64,000 nt of DNA, from contig CAWGMQ010000004.1 in assembly GCA_963823665.1 (NCBI GenBank), positions 1,696,001-1,760,000 of the forward strand. The letters are read 5' to 3'. The position numbers were made by a program, and so were the translations under genes. This document shows positions 44,387-53,267 of the stretch, one piece after another. The stretch comes from an uncultured Planctomycetota bacterium. GTDB lineage: Bacteria; Planctomycetota; Planctomycetia; Isosphaerales; Isosphaeraceae. Every line of letters starts with the position of its first letter. The first letter of the stretch is position 1. The notes under the pieces are model-generated. The model was given only the letters and a program-made list of their open reading frames with translations, ran no database searches and had not been told where the DNA came from.

Positions 44387-44995
44387 TTACTCTGGCTGTG
44401 CCGGGACCGATGGGCTCGAGGCGGGCGTGACGGGTTCCAGGTCTAACAGCTCCGGATCATCAAGTACCGCCGCCGGTCTGTCCGCTTCCACTGCCTCGAT
44501 TAGGCGACCATCTTTTATTACCATCTGAACCGGTGGAGGGCTGCTCGGATAATACAACCTCGCGATCCGTGCGACCAAGGACATACTCAGCGCTGACACG
44601 ATGACCGCGACGCCAATCCAGCCCGCCCTCGCGACCATCCCTGGACGGTCACGCCTGTACCTCGATCTCAGCCCTGGGATGAATCGGATTGCCAGGTAGG
44701 TGGAGGCGTAGAGGCCGCTGGCCACCACCAAGATTAAGGCCGTCGCCGCTCGCCAGAGCATCTCCCGGGCAACGCGAGCATCGTCGCTTGCCGCAATTAG
44801 ACGCTGCTCCGCGACATCGTAGGCCCCAATGGCTCGCAGTTCGGGTACCTCCGCCAGCCAGCGGGGAGCGCGCGTGAAGAGGAAGATGGAGGTCTCCAGA
44901 AAGCGGATGCTCGTGTAGAAGTAGAAGGCCAACGCAATCGCAGCCACTGCGAGCATTAATTGTTGCGCGGTGAAACGGACGCGGGGCAGGCTCAT
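44387..44995 (-). CDS. Hypothetical membrane protein
   Basis: Planctomycete-type RFTAQQLMLAVA N-terminus, three hydrophobic segments. Confidence 0.6.
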   Translation of the reverse strand: MSLPRVRFTAQQLMLAVAAIALAFYFYTSIRFLETSIFLFTRAPRWLAEVPELRAIGAYDVAEQRLIAASDDARVAREMLWRAATALILVVASGLYASTYLAIRFIPGLRSRYRRDRPGMVARAGWIGVAVIVSALSMSLVARIARLYYPSSPPPVQMVIKDGRLIEAVEADRPAAVLDDPELLDLEPVTPASSPSVPAQPE

Positions 44996-45119
44996 GAGTC
45001 GATCGACCTCTTGTGCTGGAGACGCTGCATTCGGCATGCTCGCATGTGCGGCTGATCTCTAGATGACCCGTTACACCACGGATTTGACGTAAGTTGTTAA
45101 TCGTCGTAGAAAGTTCCAT

Positions 45120-45971
45120 TCCTCGGCGTTTAATCATCCGCCAGGCGTCGATGCGGTGCATAGGCCGGTCCGTTAAGCGACGGTGGCGGTCGATGGAGCG
45201 GAAGAGGGGGGTTTTCTTCTCTCCGGCAATGCCTGCTGCCGCGATGTAGGCATCCAGATAATCCTCGGCGTTGTGGTGGGCGGGCACCTCGTGCCGTTTG
45301 CCGCCTTTCTCGTGCAAGCGGAACCATGCCCGCCGGCCCTCGGTGTAATAATCCTCTACTTTCATGCCGAGGGCGGCGGTGACGCGGGCGAAGCTGAACA
45401 CCATTACGGCGATCAGTGCCCGGTCACGTAAGCCCACCAGGCTGGGCGGCCGGTTGTCTTCCTCGCCTTCTTTCGGCTCCGGGCCGATCTTGAGGGGGAT
45501 GCTGTCGAACAACTCTCTCGCCTCGTCGGCTTTGAGGACCGGGGTTTTGCCCTTCTTCACGACGTGCTTAGCGGCCCGCACGGCGGCGGCCGGGTTGGCG
45601 TCGATCACCTGCCCGGTAATCAGCCAGTCGAACAGCATCCGTAAGGACGCAAGGTGCTGCTTGACGGTTGGCGTGCTGGCCCGAGTTTCCTTGCCGGTCA
45701 GCGTAAGCTCGGCCAGGTAGGCTGATACGTGGTAGCTCTTGATGGCGGATAGGCTCAGGCCCTTGGCGTGCGACCAGGCGAAGAATCGCATGGTGTTGCG
45801 GTAATAGGCCGCCCGGGTGTTGGCGTTGGGGATAGTGTCGGTGAAGAAGGTGAAAAACCGCTCGGCGGCTTTGTCGCCCTGGTCGGCGATGACGGCGGGC
45901 AGGGTGAAGCTGCTCCGGTGATTGGTTAACGCTCGTTGATGATTGGACGCTCTTACCAGCTCCGTACCCAT
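45120..45971 (-). pseudogene. Tyrosine recombinase, C-terminally truncated
   Basis: NTRAAY, RDRALI..FARV, HEKGGK; similarity ends at AWRMIKRR before HxxR and catalytic Tyr. Confidence 0.85.
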
Positions 45972-45990
45972 GATCAGTAGCTCCCTCCAG

Positions 45991-46021
45991 TTGGCGTAAC
46001 ATAAGAATTTTTATGTCTCGC
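45991..46021 (-). other. dif-like recombination site S2, about 20 bp upstream of recombinase ATG
   Basis: Minus strand GCGAGACATAA-AAATTC-TTATGTTACGC(CAA). Confidence 0.7.
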
Positions 46022-46353
46022 TGTTTCGAGGGTCAGAGATCATCAAGATTGAGCGATACGGACCTGGCGAGCATGGGGCGGAGGGGACCGTCAGGGTCGC
46101 TACCTTTACTCTCTTTGGACGAGAGTTCATGTGCATCGACTACCCGATCAAGCATGAGTCTACCTTTACGCCATCGATGTCTGCCTTTGACGAATGCGAG
46201 AGCGACGCGGAGATCGAAGATGTGTTCAGCCGGCTTTCGGTCGGTGGGCAAGGATTGATGCCGCTCGGCAATTATGGGTTCAGCACAAAATTCGGGTGGG
46301 TGAAGGACCGGTTTGGTCCGTCGTGGCAGCGTAACCTTTCGAGAACGCTGTAA
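46005..46353 (+). pseudogene. Scaffold repeat B copy 3: 5'-truncated VOC/PhnB gene
   Basis: Homology to the 48004 copy begins exactly at GAATTTTTATGTCTCGC. Confidence 0.85.
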
Positions 46354-46434
46354 GCCCCGTGGATGTCACAGCAAGCGCCGGATGTCCGCGAATCGCGCCT
46401 CGCCAAAGTCCGCTAAGTTTGTGTTACTTGTGGT

Positions 46435-47565
46435 TTAGTGATTTCGAGTTTTGGAGGTTGCATCGCGCTTACCTTCGAGCAACTTGCGTGTTCGTTCCAA
46501 TTCGCTGGCCAGCGTTTCCTCGCTTGGCAGGGCTGTGAGATACTCTGCGGCGAGGATCGTGCTCGAGATGCCCTCCAGGGCGTAACGGGCGACGCCTGCG
46601 CGGTGCTCGGCGCAGAGGATCAGGCCAACCGGCGGATTCTCGTCGGTTCGGGTCCAATGATGGCGAGCGTAGTTGAGGTACAGGTTCATCTGACCGATAT
46701 CGCCGGCGGTGATGGCGGCGAGTTTTAGATCAATGAGGATCAGGCAGCGGAGTCGACGGTGAAAGAACACCAGGTCGATGCGGAACCACTCATCATCGAC
46801 GCGCAGCCGCTTTTGGCGGCCGACGAAGGTGAAATCATCGCCGAGCTCGAGCAGGAACGTTTCCAGATGGCGGATCAGCGCCTCTTCAAGCTCGTTCTCA
46901 GAATACTCGTCCTTCAGGTTGAGGAATTCCAGGACGAACGGGTCCTTGATCTCCTCCTCGGGCGTGAGAGTGTCTTCGGGCCGGGCTTTCTGCCCTTTGG
47001 TGAGCGTCGCAGCCTTGTTGCGGGATAACATGGTACGCTCGTAAAACTGTGTGCTGATCTGGCGGTCGAGTTGCCGCACGTTCCACCCGGCGCGCACGGC
47101 CTCTGTTTCATAGAATGAGCGTGCGTCGGGCTTTTTGACCGACATCAGGCGGACATAGTGAGACCAGGAAAGCAGAAAGTTTTTCCCCAGTTCGACCAGG
47201 GTCGTTTCGCCATACCCGGATTTTGCAGACGCTGTCTGCAGAATTCGCGGGTAGGCCAGGTAAAATTGACGCATCTGGTAGAGGTTCCGGTGGCCGAACC
47301 CGCGGCCGCACCGGCGAGTGAGGTCTTCGGACATGCGGGTGACCAGTTGCTCGCCATAGCCAGCACGATGCTTTCCGCGTTGCTCCTCCTCGACGATCCG
47401 ACGGCCGATTTCCCAGTAAGTGGCGGTCATGATGCTGTTGACGGAACGGGCCGCGGCGTGACGGGCCGACTCCAGGACTTGAATTACTCCGGCCAGAACA
47501 GCTTCATAGGTGTCGTCGCCGGTCTTCGCAGGCATGCGCTTAGGGCGGTTGCGTTTCTTTGCCAT
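46435..47565 (-). CDS. yhcG: YhcG/DUF1016 PD-(D/E)XK nuclease family protein
   Basis: YWEIGRRI, LSWSHY, KDPFVLEFL, FLLELG..FVGRQ, IDLK, GQMNLY, GLILC. Confidence 0.92.
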   Translation of the reverse strand: MAKKRNRPKRMPAKTGDDTYEAVLAGVIQVLESARHAAARSVNSIMTATYWEIGRRIVEEEQRGKHRAGYGEQLVTRMSEDLTRRCGRGFGHRNLYQMRQFYLAYPRILQTASAKSGYGETTLVELGKNFLLSWSHYVRLMSVKKPDARSFYETEAVRAGWNVRQLDRQISTQFYERTMLSRNKAATLTKGQKARPEDTLTPEEEIKDPFVLEFLNLKDEYSENELEEALIRHLETFLLELGDDFTFVGRQKRLRVDDEWFRIDLVFFHRRLRCLILIDLKLAAITAGDIGQMNLYLNYARHHWTRTDENPPVGLILCAEHRAGVARYALEGISSTILAAEYLTALPSEETLASELERTRKLLEGKRDATSKTRNH

Positions 47566-48003
47566 GCTTCCGTATAGCATGTTCGAGGCAGGGGGCAAAC
47601 CGGAATTCCCCGGGCGGATCAAGATTCGACCAGGCGGAGGCCGAGGAGTTCTTTCAACGAATCGCGGGAGGCGAGGACGTCGCGCGCGTCGGCGGTGAGC
47701 GAGAAGCGTTCGCGAAGCTGCTCGATCTAACGGTCGGTGACGGCGGGGGTGGCGATGATCAGATCAGAGTAGCCGGATTGCAAGTGCGTAGATGGTATGC
47801 AGGCTTTCCGTCGCCGAGGACACCGGAGGCGGTGGTGCGGAGCCTGCGGTGGAATTCGCGCTTCAGGCGGAACAGCATTTCCAGCCCAGGTTGCACGTAT
47901 CCCCGATGGCTGCGTTGCGTGGGCTCGATTGCTCCAATACGCTCGAGGGATTTACCGTTGTCCCGGCGAGCGGCCAAGTCAATCGAAGAGGAGTGGAATC
48001 ACG

Positions 48004-48504
48004 ATGGCACGCAGCGTTTCGACGCATCTCATGTTCGAGGGAGTTGCCGAAGAGGCGATGAATTTTTATGTCTCGCTGTTTCGAGGGTCAGAGATCATCA
48101 AGGTTGAGCGATATGGAGCTGGCGAGCATGGGGCGAAGGGGACCCTCAGGGTAGCGACCTTTACGCTCTGTGGGCGAGAGTTCATGTGCATCGACAGCCC
48201 GATCAAGCATGAGTTTACGTTTACGCCATCGATATCTATCTTTGTCGAATGCGAGAGCGACGCGGAAATCGAAGACGTGTTCGGCCGGCTTTCGGCCGGT
48301 GGGCAAGTATTGATGCCGCTTGACAATTACTGGTTCAGCACAAAATTCGGCTGGGTGAAGGATCGGTTTGGGCCATCGTGGCAGCTTAACCTTGCGGTGG
48401 TTCACCAGGCCGCCGCTCGAGAAACGCCCCACCAGGCCGCGACCAAGCCGATGAAAAGCAGGCCCGCGAAGGTCGCAACCGCGACTGACAAGACGGCGTT
48501 CTGA
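48004..48504 (+). CDS. VOC/PhnB-like protein, scaffold repeat B copy 4 (intact, native stop lost)
   Basis: MARSVSTHLMFEG..DRFGPSWQLNL then reads into the convergent gene. Confidence 0.8.
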   Translation: MARSVSTHLMFEGVAEEAMNFYVSLFRGSEIIKVERYGAGEHGAKGTLRVATFTLCGREFMCIDSPIKHEFTFTPSISIFVECESDAEIEDVFGRLSAGGQVLMPLDNYWFSTKFGWVKDRFGPSWQLNLAVVHQAAARETPHQAATKPMKSRPAKVATATDKTAF

Positions 48505-48869
48505 GGTTCCAAAACGGCCTGCTCGGGGCGATTCGGGTGGTGATAGACGGTCACGGCCGAGCCGACGGGGTATCTCGCGACGGTCGCCTCGGCTCGGGCC
48601 CGTGAGCCGTTGTAGACATGGAAAGCGAAGTGCCGACTCTCCCGCAGCTCGCCGGCCGCGTAATACGTGAAGCGGATTCTTGGCGCGAATGACGCCCTGG
48701 GCAGTGAATCTCGCGACACCTCTTCGACGGCCGATTCAACGACCTTGCCTGTGCTCTGCGGCCAATGCCTCGCCTGAAGATGGTCGATCGCCGCTGTCAC
48801 CAGATAGGCGAAAACCAGGAAGACCACTCCGACTGCAGGGAGCCAGATGTTGAAATAATGAGAGAGCAT
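48402..48869 (-). CDS. DUF3592 family membrane protein
   Basis: WPQSTGKVVES..YPVGSAVTVYHHPNRPEQAVL between TM helices. Confidence 0.75.
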   Translation of the reverse strand: MLSHYFNIWLPAVGVVFLVFAYLVTAAIDHLQARHWPQSTGKVVESAVEEVSRDSLPRASFAPRIRFTYYAAGELRESRHFAFHVYNGSRARAEATVARYPVGSAVTVYHHPNRPEQAVLEPQNAVLSVAVATFAGLLFIGLVAAWWGVSRAAAW

Positions 48870-48896
48870 GGCGTCTCCAAGGCCTGGTTTCTTAGT

Positions 48897-49406
48897 TCAC
48901 GATCCGTGGTCAGCCAGACGCTTGATGTCTTTGACCAAGAGGTAAAGGTGGAGTGCGTCCGTTGGCGACGCGGTGAAGCCGAAATGCTCGTAGAATCGGC
49001 GGGCATTTTCGTCCTTCGCGTGGACCGCCAGGGCGCGGATACCGGCGATGCCGGCGGCCTGGACTGTCCGCAGCATCGCATCCTTGAGCAGACCCGCACC
49101 GATCCCTCGGCCTGGCGATCCGCTGCTGACCGCGAGCCGGGCCAGAAGCATGATTGGCACGGGATGGCGGGCCAGGCCTTTGGTCAGTCGGTCAGGCGCG
49201 TCGTCATAAGACACTTCGCCCACTGCCAGCGAGTAGAAGCCGACGACCGTCTCCCCGGAGAGTGCTACATAGGTCTGGGCAACGCCTGCACGAAGGTTGA
49301 CCAGGGCGAATCGCGAAAGGAAGCGGTTCAGCTCCTCCTGGCCGCAGTCGAATCCGGAAACAACGTGATCGGCCCGGAGCTTCTCGATCCGGAGTGGATC
49401 GGCCAT
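48897..49406 (-). CDS. GNAT acetyltransferase toxin (AtaT/TacT-like)
   Basis: FDCGQEELNRFL, LLARLAV, GRGIGAGLL, ARRFYEHFGF. Confidence 0.9.
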   Translation of the reverse strand: MADPLRIEKLRADHVVSGFDCGQEELNRFLSRFALVNLRAGVAQTYVALSGETVVGFYSLAVGEVSYDDAPDRLTKGLARHPVPIMLLARLAVSSGSPGRGIGAGLLKDAMLRTVQAAGIAGIRALAVHAKDENARRFYEHFGFTASPTDALHLYLLVKDIKRLADHGS

Positions 49407-49408
49407 CG

Positions 49409-49693
49409 TCAATCGCCGCGCTCAAAGACGCTCCGTTCCTGGAGCAGGCGGCCGAGGCGGGGGATTGAACGGGGAGCGGCGTCGAGCGCGTCCATAAACG
49501 CCTTCCAGCGGTCGGCATCGAGGCCGAAACGCGTCCGGTCCGCCAGGGTTTCATCGGCGCGTACGAGGGCGCTCTCGAGCACGAATTCGCTCACCGTCCG
49601 GCCCGCTGACTCTGCGGCACTCTGAAGTTTCTGCTTGGCTTCCGGCGAAAGCCGGAGGTCAAGTTTGGCGGTCCGCGTCGATCGTTGCGGCAT
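49409..49693 (-). CDS. DUF1778 antitoxin (AtaR/TacA-like)
   Basis: KLDLRLSPEAKQKLQSAA..VSEFVLESA..FMDALD. Confidence 0.9.
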   Translation of the reverse strand: MPQRSTRTAKLDLRLSPEAKQKLQSAAESAGRTVSEFVLESALVRADETLADRTRFGLDADRWKAFMDALDAAPRSIPRLGRLLQERSVFERGD

Positions 49694-50038
49694 GGTAACC
49701 TCTCCTTGTCGTTTTCCAGAAGTCAAGGATAGCACGCCTGCCCGACATTGTCACGACAAAACCGTAGATGGGTCCGCGTGTGGCGGTTCTTTGCCTGAGG
49801 ATGACCGAAATGGAGAGAATCGAGGCTAGCCCGCCTCGCGGACGTCTGAAGCGCGTCATGAAGTATTGGCCACACCTGGAGTGAAGCGCTGAGCGGGTTT
49901 GTGCGGGGTGGGGCGAGCTCGATCGGTGGTTCGGACCGCGGTGGAACACGTTGCTCGACAAAAAGAGGTTCGTTCTCTGCGATCACGCAGGGCTTCGCTC
50001 AACATGATCGCGCGTTGCGCAAAGAGCGATCGGAGTGC

Positions 50039-50187
50039 CCCTTCGCGAAGCGAAGGGCGACAATGGGCTCAGCGTGAATCGGCGGGGCGCGTGCGCTGGA
50101 TTCAGGGGAGACCTCCGGGCTGGCGGAGGGCGGGGTCTGGAGACCCGCGCCCAACCAGGACGCACTTTCGCGGAGCGAAAGGCGACA
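50039..50187 (+). repeat. Two REP-like hairpin copies
   Basis: CCCTTCGC-GAA-GCGAAGGG-CGACAATGG at 50039; CTTTCGC-GGA-GCGAAAG-GCGACA at 50165. Confidence 0.8.
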
Positions 50188-50259
50188 TTGGCGCGGGGGC
50201 GAATGGGGGGTTTTCCTTAATCCTCGCGGGGTACGGGTGCGCAGCGAATTCTCGAGAAG

Positions 50260-51330
50260 CTACTCTTCGCGTTTCGACTGCTTCGACGCAAGTCTTACCA
50301 AGCCGAGCGTGGCCCAGGAGCTGGCGGCGCAGGTGATTGGGGTCAGGAGGGTCGCGCTGCCGGGCTCGCCATTCGGGGTCGAGCGAGAGATCATCGGCCA
50401 ACTGCCGTCTGGTGTTTGCGTGGCGACCAGGAAGTTGATCGCTCGCTTGATGCCCGGTTTTTCGGCGGTGTAACCGGCTAGCGACAAGACGTACAAAGTT
50501 TGGCCGGTGGCGAAGGCGTCGCTCTTTGGGTCAGGGACGGTTTGGCTCCAGCCACCATCGGCGCGTTGGAGAGCGAGCAACTCGTCTATCGTCGTTTGGA
50601 GGGAATCGCGCGGCTTGCCAGAGCGCACTCCCATCAGCACCTTCAGGGCCTTGTCTTGATGGAGGGCAGAGGGCTTTGCGGCGTCGAGCCAGGCGATCGC
50701 TTTTGAGAGCGCGGCACGGTGGGATTCGGGCGCGTCGGGGCCTGTTTCGCCTTCGAGCGCCATGATGATCCAGGCGGCGTCGGTTGTCTGGCTTTCGTTG
50801 ATCGGCGGCCGCCTCAAAGTGGGAAAGAACTCCCAGGAACCGTCTGGTTGCTGCTTCTTGACGATTTCTTCCGCGATCAGACTCAGGCTTTGCTTTTCCC
50901 CTTTCTCCAGTGAGGGCAACGAACGAGCAGCGACGGCCAGGAACGGGAGCCCGATGTTCAGCCCGCGACCCTGAGGGCGCGGGTCGGGTGGATCGGCCGG
51001 GTTCGGAAAGATCTTCGAGGCCAGCAACCTGTCCTTACTGCCCAGCAAGGACTCGGTCACTTCGGTCACGAATTTCTTGTTGATCGGGTACCCCTGCCGT
51101 TCGGCCTCGCTCAACGCCCAAATCGGCATTGGCACATGATGGCAGGCGGCGCATTTGCGCGTTTTTAGCCAGGCGGCACTCTCGGTCTGGATGTAGCCGA
51201 TGGCGCGCTCGATCGTCTGCTCGACCTGCTGTCGCGTTGCGGAGGGAACGGAAGGCGGTTCGTCTGCCAGGGCCACATTGGAAAGGCAGAGGCTCAGCAA
51301 GAACACTGTTAGCGAACATCGGCGAGCCAT
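50260..51330 (-). CDS. Prenyltransferase/squalene-cyclase (QW) repeat exported protein
   Basis: CAACHH, QQPDGSW, QRADGGW, QTPDGSW; signal peptide. Confidence 0.8.
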   Translation of the reverse strand: MARRCSLTVFLLSLCLSNVALADEPPSVPSATRQQVEQTIERAIGYIQTESAAWLKTRKCAACHHVPMPIWALSEAERQGYPINKKFVTEVTESLLGSKDRLLASKIFPNPADPPDPRPQGRGLNIGLPFLAVAARSLPSLEKGEKQSLSLIAEEIVKKQQPDGSWEFFPTLRRPPINESQTTDAAWIIMALEGETGPDAPESHRAALSKAIAWLDAAKPSALHQDKALKVLMGVRSGKPRDSLQTTIDELLALQRADGGWSQTVPDPKSDAFATGQTLYVLSLAGYTAEKPGIKRAINFLVATQTPDGSWPMISRSTPNGEPGSATLLTPITCAASSWATLGLVRLASKQSKREE

Positions 51331-51428
51331 GGACCGGTCCAGTGTCAGAGCCATTGTTCGGCGGCAGTTTGACGCGCTGACATTGTACCGCAACCACCGC
51401 CGCAAGCGGTGGCTCATCCCTTCGCGGC

Positions 51429-53080
51429 GAGGCTGTCATCTTTTGGCCGCGTTGCGGTAACTCGGCCGTTGGGCCTAGTCGGCTGTGATTCACCGCTTGG
51501 TCGCTCGGTTAGTGCCGCCGATTCACGCCAGTTCTCCAATAGCCCAGCCGTTGACGCAAACGCGCTTTCCTATTTTGTCCCTTTTTTGCAAAGTACCGCT
51601 CATTCCGCCAGTTTGCCCATCGCTGGGCGCAGTCTCCCTGCGACAACCAGGTTGTGAGCAATTGCAAACAACAATGCGACGGCGCGGCAACGCGGTTGGC
51701 CACGCACGGGCATAAACCAGAATCCTCGATTGCGAGCCTGGGCGTTGACCCACTCGGCTGTTTGGCCTCGCAGCCGGTAGATCAGCTTCGCGGCCTCGGT
51801 CCCCATTCGGATCCGCCAAGCGGCAACCGCTTCGCTGTCGCCCTTCTTTGCGGTGTAGGGATCTTCTCCATTTGCCTGTTTCTTTTTCTCGTCTCTGATC
51901 GGCCCGTATACGATGCAGCCGCGTTGGGCCGCCTGATCGATCGAGTCCTTGGTCGTGAAGCCACCGTCAACCAATGCCTCATCCGGAATTCGTTCGTAAC
52001 GCTCCTCCAACTGGTCGAGCATGGGCGGAAGTTCTTCGCCATCGTTCCCTGCGTTGGTCACCTCCACACCCACAATCACACCGCTTTCGGTGTCTGTTGT
52101 GAATTGAACGTTATATCCCGGCCGGAATCCTCCGTCTGGAAACTTCATGATCCTCGCGTCGGGGTCGGTGGTCGAAGCACGCGCTTCCCGCCCCTTGCGG
52201 CCGTAGGACTCGTCACGTTCGCGTTGCAGCTCCTCGCACTGCCGCATCGCTTCTTCGATCCGTTGCTGTCGCTTGTTGGCGGCACGCTCCCGCGCCGCTC
52301 GCTGCCGTCGAGTCAGCTCTGCTGTGTCCTCCTCGGCCAGTTTCTTCAGCGCCTCAACCTGCTCCTTCGCCGCTTTCAGGCACTCCTCCAGGCTACCGCG
52401 ACGACGAAACGAGCTCTTGCCCGCGCTGGCACGCACTCTCATTCCGTCCTGAGCGACCCGGTCCATTTTCACCAACCCGGCATGGAGCAGGGTGCCCACG
52501 ATCTGCGTGAGCAGTTCGTTCAACTTCTCGCCCCCACAAGCGAGGAAGTGGGACAACATGCTGTGGTTGACGGTTACGCCGCCGCACAGCCACTGGTACG
52601 GCAGACTCCCTTGGTTCTTTTCGCACAGCCGTTCGATTTCACGGGCGCTGCCGACTCCCTTCAATGTGGCGAAAACCCGCAATCCGACCAGCAAGCGCGG
52701 GTCGGTGGCATCTCGGCCGACATGTCGCTCGACGGCCTTGATCTCGCCGAGCCAGGCTTTCAGATCGAGCTTGCAGACCGCCGCCCAGACGACCCGGGCC
52801 GGATGGTCGGCCTCGAGCAATTCATCGAGCGATGCCCAGCGCATCTCGATCTGGTCGCGTACGGGACACCGCAGCCGCGGCTTGCCAGTTGGCATCGACT
52901 GGGCAGCCTGGGCGGGAGAGGGCTGATCGGGCAAGTCTTCTGGGCTAAAGAGAGGAAGTGTCATGACGCTCGTCCTGCAACACCGGGGCTGCGTGGGGCT
53001 CATGCGGCGGACTACATGCATGGTATTAGAACGTGAACACTATACAAAATCAACCCCAACGCCGAAAAAATCACAGCCTC
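51429..53080 (-). mobile_element. IS1182-family insertion sequence
   Basis: Imperfect IRs GAGGCTGTCATCTTTT / AAAAAATCACAGCCTC; GGC (or CGGCG) target duplication. Confidence 0.85.
51600..52964 (-). CDS. IS1182-family transposase
   Basis: DHPARVVW, SAREIERLC, QDGMRVRASA, TDPDARIMK, YNVQ, DGGF, R..TAE, AHNL. Confidence 0.92.
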   Translation of the reverse strand: MTLPLFSPEDLPDQPSPAQAAQSMPTGKPRLRCPVRDQIEMRWASLDELLEADHPARVVWAAVCKLDLKAWLGEIKAVERHVGRDATDPRLLVGLRVFATLKGVGSAREIERLCEKNQGSLPYQWLCGGVTVNHSMLSHFLACGGEKLNELLTQIVGTLLHAGLVKMDRVAQDGMRVRASAGKSSFRRRGSLEECLKAAKEQVEALKKLAEEDTAELTRRQRAARERAANKRQQRIEEAMRQCEELQRERDESYGRKGREARASTTDPDARIMKFPDGGFRPGYNVQFTTDTESGVIVGVEVTNAGNDGEELPPMLDQLEERYERIPDEALVDGGFTTKDSIDQAAQRGCIVYGPIRDEKKKQANGEDPYTAKKGDSEAVAAWRIRMGTEAAKLIYRLRGQTAEWVNAQARNRGFWFMPVRGQPRCRAVALLFAIAHNLVVAGRLRPAMGKLAE

Positions 53081-53267
53081 GGCGCGAAGGGCGACAATGG
53101 GCTTGGCGGAAACTTGCAATCCTGGCGGTGCTACTTGGAGGGCTGGGGGGGTGGCCGTGTGGCAGTGGCGGGCCGCCGACCGGGCGCGAATCAGGGCGGC
53201 AGTCGCGCGGGGGGAAGCCCAGACGGCCCGGAATGCGGAGAAGAAGGCCCGCTACGCATAACGCCGT

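Noticed and set aside
44649..45119. C-terminal part of the 440-aa ORF-track call for the recombinase
   Set aside because: Read-through into unrelated DNA overlapping another gene; catalytic residues are absent.
47620..47965. Possible gene debris between yhcG and VOC copy 4
   Set aside because: No family could be recognised from the short translations.
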